NCBI GenBank assembly: GCA_965248445.1
Contig: CBDFJG010000003.1
Location: 928,001 to 992,000, forward strand
Direction: 5' to 3'
DNA: 64,000 nucleotides
DNA from: Planctomycetota bacterium
GTDB taxonomy: Bacteria; Planctomycetota; JAJSAM01; JAJVHW01
Positions 60,019 to 64,000 of the stretch are shown here, in pieces. Made by a program: the position numbers and the translations under genes. Below the pieces are notes generated by a model that worked only from the letters and a program-made list of their open reading frames with translations, was not told the DNA's origin and ran no database searches. Each line of letters begins with the position of its first letter. Within the stretch, counting starts at the first letter, position 1.

Positions 60019-60750
60019 ATGAGCGAACTGCGAGCGATCTTCTTCGACATCGACGACACGCTCTTCAGCACGAGCGAGTTCGCGGCCACGGCCCGTCGCA
60101 ACGCGATGGAGGCGATGATCAGCCATGGTTTGGCGCTCTCGATCGACGAAGCCATGGCCGAGCTCTACGAGGTCATCGCGGAGTTCGGGTCCAACGACTC
60201 GTTCCACTACGACCGGCTCCTGAAGCGGCTCCCCGAGTCCAAGCTGCCCGACGGCAACCGGGCGATCCTGGTGGCCGCCGCGGTCTCCGCCTACCACGAC
60301 ACCAAGTACCGAAGCCTGTTCCCGTTCCGCGACGTACCAGAGGTCCTCTCGCGCATCCAGCGGGGCACGGACCTGACGCTGGGTGTGATCACCGACGGCC
60401 TCGAGCTCAAGCAGGCGGAGAAGCTCGTGCGCCTCGGTGTCATCGAGTGGCTCGACCCGCGCGCGATCTTCATCTCGGACCAAATCGGAATCAGCAAGCC
60501 GAACGAGAAGCTATACGTGCGCGCCTGCGAGTCCGTCGGCGTGGATCCGGCGCAGGCGATGCACGTCGGCGACCACCCCGAGAACGACATCGCCCCTGCC
60601 AAGTCCGTCGGCATGTTCACGGTGCGCCACCGCTGGAGCGGCGGCAAACATGCTGGGCGCGAGTGCGCGACCCCCGCGGATCACGAGATCCACAGCTTCC
60701 ACGAACTGATCCCGATCTTGCGCGACCACTACGGTCTCGCGGACCTCTGA
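60019..60750 (+). CDS. HAD-IA family hydrolase
   Basis: FFDIDDTL, ITDG, SKP, HVGDHPEND. Confidence 0.9.
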   Translation: MSELRAIFFDIDDTLFSTSEFAATARRNAMEAMISHGLALSIDEAMAELYEVIAEFGSNDSFHYDRLLKRLPESKLPDGNRAILVAAAVSAYHDTKYRSLFPFRDVPEVLSRIQRGTDLTLGVITDGLELKQAEKLVRLGVIEWLDPRAIFISDQIGISKPNEKLYVRACESVGVDPAQAMHVGDHPENDIAPAKSVGMFTVRHRWSGGKHAGRECATPADHEIHSFHELIPILRDHYGLADL

Positions 60751-60794
60751 CCCCGCCGCCCGTAACACCGCCGCCACTTCCGCGGCCGGGGCGG

Positions 60795-62612
60795 TCAGCG
60801 CGGTGAGAGGTCGATCGTCGCGTCGTCGAACTCCTCGCGCGGCACGAACCGCATGAGACCGGTGCCGCCGCGCATCACGACCACGCGCACTCCATCGATC
60901 TTGTCGGGCAGCCCGTGGATCTCGAAGCGCCCGTCTTCGTCGGTTCGGGCATCGAAAACCGCGTTCCCGATGAGCCCTCGCGCGCCGCGAGCCAGTCCGA
61001 TCATCGCGATCTCGGCGTCCGTGACCGGAACATCGTCGGCCAAGACTCTCACCAACGCCGTGATCCCGGAGCGTTCGGGGCGCACGCGGGGCGACTCCAC
61101 ACCTGACGCGACGCCCTCGACGGTCTCGTCCCAGAGAGCACCGTCCTGCGTCCTCACGATCACGCGCACACGCCCGGGCGTCGTCTCGAACTCCAACTGA
61201 CCCTGCAGCCCGATCCGCTTGAACCGCCGCTCGATGGCGTCATCCCGTGTGAGCATCACATCCATCTCGCGCTCATCATGTGCGTCGAACTGCAAGCGCA
61301 CGGTCGTCGTGGGCAAGTCCGCCGGTACTTCGCGCACGACGATCCCGACGTCGATCACCGTGTCGCGTGCTACGTGCGTCTCGCCGCCTGCACTGGCGTC
61401 GGTGTTCGGCGCCACGGAGGCCACATGCCAGCTCACGTCGCCGCGCGGCACACCGATCACGTGACACTCACCACGCTCGTCGAACTCGAGTCCACCGAGC
61501 GCCATGGAGGGGTGCGTGTCGGAACCGTCACCAAGAGCCGAGAATACCGCCTCGTACTGCGTGGGGTGGTCCTCGTCGACGAGTGCGAACGTGAGGCGCA
61601 CACCCCCAGCTGCGAGGTCCCCAATCTGTCGTTCTTCTCCGGGGGCCAGCGGCACGAGTCGCCGCTGCAAACACAGATACGCATCCTCGCGGCGGACGAG
61701 TGTCTTCAGCAACAGAGCCTCGCCGGTGGGCGATGCCGCGAACTGGAATCGCCCGTCACCGTCCGTCCACGTGGACTCGACGTAGACGCTCCCCATCACG
61801 GGTCCCGCGCTCTGGTCGCGGTACACATGGACGCGTGATCCGGTGAGTGGTGTGCGAGCCTCGTCCAGGATCCGGCCTAGCACCAACGCCCCGCGCTTCA
61901 ACTCGAGTTCGAGGACGGTCCCGTCGTCCTCTGGAGTCGCCGGGAACGGACCGTGAACGGTTCGGACGTACGCCCGACCGCCAGCTTCGATCGCGTACTC
62001 GTTCCCGGCGCGCAGGCCGACGATCTCGAACGTGCCGTCGTCACGCGAGGTCATCTGCGCAATCGGAGTCCGCTCGCGCGGGAACCACTGCGGGTCTATC
62101 CACCTCGTCGGACCGGCGCCCACCTGCTCCCCCGCAACGGGCACCCGGTCACACATCAGTCTCCCGATGATCCGCCCCACTCCATCGACGTGCAACCGGA
62201 CTCTCGCGGGACCAGGCGCCGCCGGATCCCAGGTCGCGACGACGCTCGTCGAGCCGCTGGGGCGCAGGTGACCTCGCGCCGCGAGGCGCCCGTCGATCAA
62301 GGCGCTCACCGTGCCACTGCCCGTGCCCTGGAGGTCTTGGGGTGCCCGGGCCTCCTGGTGGACTTCGACCGTCCAGCCACGCTCCATGAGTGACGCTGGT
62401 CCCGACACCCGGATCTCGAGCGTACGATGAGTCGCGGCAACCCTCCCCGGAGCGACGGAGTCGAGAGATGCGCGGAGCCGAGGGCCCTCGCGCTCCTGAG
62501 CGTCACCGGACGCGCCATCACGTGCGCCAAGGGACTTGATCGCCGCGACGGCCGCGATCAGGACGACCGCGACCGTCGCGCTCCACGCAAGCACTCGCAG
62601 TTTCTGTCGCAC
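60795..62612 (-). CDS. Membrane-anchored protein with carboxypeptidase-regulatory-like repeats
   Basis: GGAGGGAGG RBS, N-terminal TM, repeated T.DDGTFEI / TDGDGRFQF / TDEDGRFEI. Confidence 0.65.
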   Translation of the reverse strand: MRQKLRVLAWSATVAVVLIAAVAAIKSLGARDGASGDAQEREGPRLRASLDSVAPGRVAATHRTLEIRVSGPASLMERGWTVEVHQEARAPQDLQGTGSGTVSALIDGRLAARGHLRPSGSTSVVATWDPAAPGPARVRLHVDGVGRIIGRLMCDRVPVAGEQVGAGPTRWIDPQWFPRERTPIAQMTSRDDGTFEIVGLRAGNEYAIEAGGRAYVRTVHGPFPATPEDDGTVLELELKRGALVLGRILDEARTPLTGSRVHVYRDQSAGPVMGSVYVESTWTDGDGRFQFAASPTGEALLLKTLVRREDAYLCLQRRLVPLAPGEERQIGDLAAGGVRLTFALVDEDHPTQYEAVFSALGDGSDTHPSMALGGLEFDERGECHVIGVPRGDVSWHVASVAPNTDASAGGETHVARDTVIDVGIVVREVPADLPTTTVRLQFDAHDEREMDVMLTRDDAIERRFKRIGLQGQLEFETTPGRVRVIVRTQDGALWDETVEGVASGVESPRVRPERSGITALVRVLADDVPVTDAEIAMIGLARGARGLIGNAVFDARTDEDGRFEIHGLPDKIDGVRVVVMRGGTGLMRFVPREEFDDATIDLSPR

Positions 62613-62668
62613 TTCGCGACCTCCCTCCAGAGCCCCGGCGCGATGCGCCCGCAGAGTGATGCCGTCTC

Positions 62669-63457
62669 CTAGTAGGTGCTCAGGTTCATGAGGAGCGAGA
62701 TGACGTCGCACTCTCCATCGCATGTCCCCCAGATGAGCAGCTCCCACTTGGAGTCGTAGATCTTGCCCTTTGCGTATTGCTGGTTCCAGCGGATGCCGCC
62801 GATGTCGGCCTCCGTCTGCGTGTCGTTGTGGGAGTAGATCGTCTCCGGCGACGTGCCGCCCGACCCGCCGGACGAATCGAAGAACGTGGCGGTCTTGCTG
62901 CCGCCGGTGCTCCACTGGATCGGCATGGTGAAACCCGAGCCCAGGAACTCGAGCGAGAGTTCCTCCGTGCCGCTGCTCTCCCCACTCGCGTACGCCGTGT
63001 CCGTGGCCTCTACGCCCCCGAGCGCGTTCGCATGCATCACCTTCCCGCCGACTTCGCGGATCTTGGTTGCCTTGATCGACATACGCGCCGCGGCGCGGCA
63101 GGAGTTGTCGTCATCGAGCTCGGCGTGCGCCTTGAACTCGACCCTGCACGTGGCTTCGATGTCTTCGTGCGGGAGATCGCACGCTTCGATTCGGCGGACG
63201 ATGAATCGGCCGTTGCCCGAGCCCGCGTCGCTCAGGGTGAGATTCCACGCCTCCGCTTCGAGGTACGCAAACGCATGTATAGGCCCGACGTCGTGGGCGA
63301 GGATGGACCATGCGCCGGAGTCGTACTCCGTCTGCACGCCGCGCATGTCGTCCGGCGGCAGGTAGGGCGTGACGATCCACACACAGTTGTCCGCGCTGGC
63401 GACGGGGGCCAGGGCCGCGATTCCGAGGGCGGCGACCAGAGCGTGAGCGAGCTTCAT
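62669..63457 (-). CDS. Hypothetical secreted beta-rich protein with 6 Cys
   Basis: AAGGAAG RBS, signal peptide MKLAHALVAALGIAALAPVASA. Confidence 0.7.
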   Translation of the reverse strand: MKLAHALVAALGIAALAPVASADNCVWIVTPYLPPDDMRGVQTEYDSGAWSILAHDVGPIHAFAYLEAEAWNLTLSDAGSGNGRFIVRRIEACDLPHEDIEATCRVEFKAHAELDDDNSCRAAARMSIKATKIREVGGKVMHANALGGVEATDTAYASGESSGTEELSLEFLGSGFTMPIQWSTGGSKTATFFDSSGGSGGTSPETIYSHNDTQTEADIGGIRWNQQYAKGKIYDSKWELLIWGTCDGECDVISLLMNLSTY

Positions 63458-63596
63458 GGGTTGCTTCCTTCATGCAGTGGACCTCACCGCTTCGATCGCG
63501 ACCGTCGCGTCTGACGGCGGGTCCGTCGCAGACAAGGACGGCGCGCGTGGGCCTCCGGTTACACGCCGCGCCGGGCGGACGCGATAGCCTCTCCCC

Positions 63597-64000
63597 ATGC
63601 GCAAGAACATCCGCACCGACACCGCTCCAGACGCCATCGGCCCCTACGCCCAGGCCGTGCTCGACGACGGCTGGCTCTGGTGCTCGGGACAGATCGGGCT
63701 CGACCCGGCCACTGGCACACTCGTCGGTGCCGGCTCGGACGAACAGGCTGCGCGCGCTCAGACGCGACGCGTGCTGACCAACCTGCAGGCCGTCGTCGAG
63801 GCAGCCGGCGCCACGCTCGCCGACGTCGTCAAGTGCACCGTGTTCGTGAAGGACCTCGACCACTTCGGTGCGATCAACGCGGTGTACGGCACGTTCTTCG
63901 GGGAGGCGCCCCCCGCGCGGGCCACTGTCGAGGTGGCGCGCCTGCCGATGGACGTGCTCGTCGAGATCGACTGCGTCGCGCGCTTGCGCGACCAACGAGA
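63597..64000 (+). CDS. RidA/YjgF family enamine deaminase (stop outside window)
   Basis: Hand-translated: APDAIGPYAQA, SGQIGLDP, NAVY, PARATVEVARLP..VLVEID. Confidence 0.9.
   Translation, partial: MRKNIRTDTAPDAIGPYAQAVLDDGWLWCSGQIGLDPATGTLVGAGSDEQAARAQTRRVLTNLQAVVEAAGATLADVVKCTVFVKDLDHFGAINAVYGTFFGEAPPARATVEVARLPMDVLVEIDCVARLRDQR

Noticed and set aside
1..64000. Many long antisense and alternate-frame ORFs (e.g. 9963-12383+, 23789-26110+, 41268-43871-, 51941-54949-, 57506-59845-)
   Set aside because: Shadow ORFs of high-GC genes; they overlap well-supported CDSs and show no family motifs.
1..64000. CRISPR array, retron, prophage or defence system
   Set aside because: No regularly spaced repeat array, reverse transcriptase, integrase, cas or phage gene recognised.

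Overview
Very GC-rich bacterial chromosomal segment. The secretin, PilM and ExbBD architecture suggests Planctomycetota (inference). Left half (~1-28.9 kb, minus strand): two secreted Ig-like proteins, a catalytically degenerate PyrB::PyrI-Zn::Ada-like fusion, coaX, two GspC-like PDZ paralogs, pilT-like ATPase, obgE-rpmA-rplU, rne/rng, a type IV pilus pilM-pilN-pilO(P)-pilQ operon damaged twice (IS1380 in the pilM stop codon, 1-nt frameshift in pilQ), rpoN-truA-hpf-ptsN-ptsH-ptsI and dnaX-ybaB-recR. Middle: SRP RNA with a UGAC loop, tadA, two tRNA-Ser (one with a duplicated 3' end), a cysteine desulfurase/cysteine dioxygenase/GCS2-CBS/AstE cluster, glycerate genes with an IS1595, tRNA-Lys, EamA, UDG. 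Right (~41.4-59.8 kb, plus strand): an envelope-machine cluster of a PilM-like fusion, lipoprotein secretin, two TPR proteins, ExbB, four ExbD, a sulfatase-like TPR protein and a second secretin, with no TonB or ATPase visible. This is the best candidate for an undescribed system. All calls come from reading motifs by eye; no searches were run.
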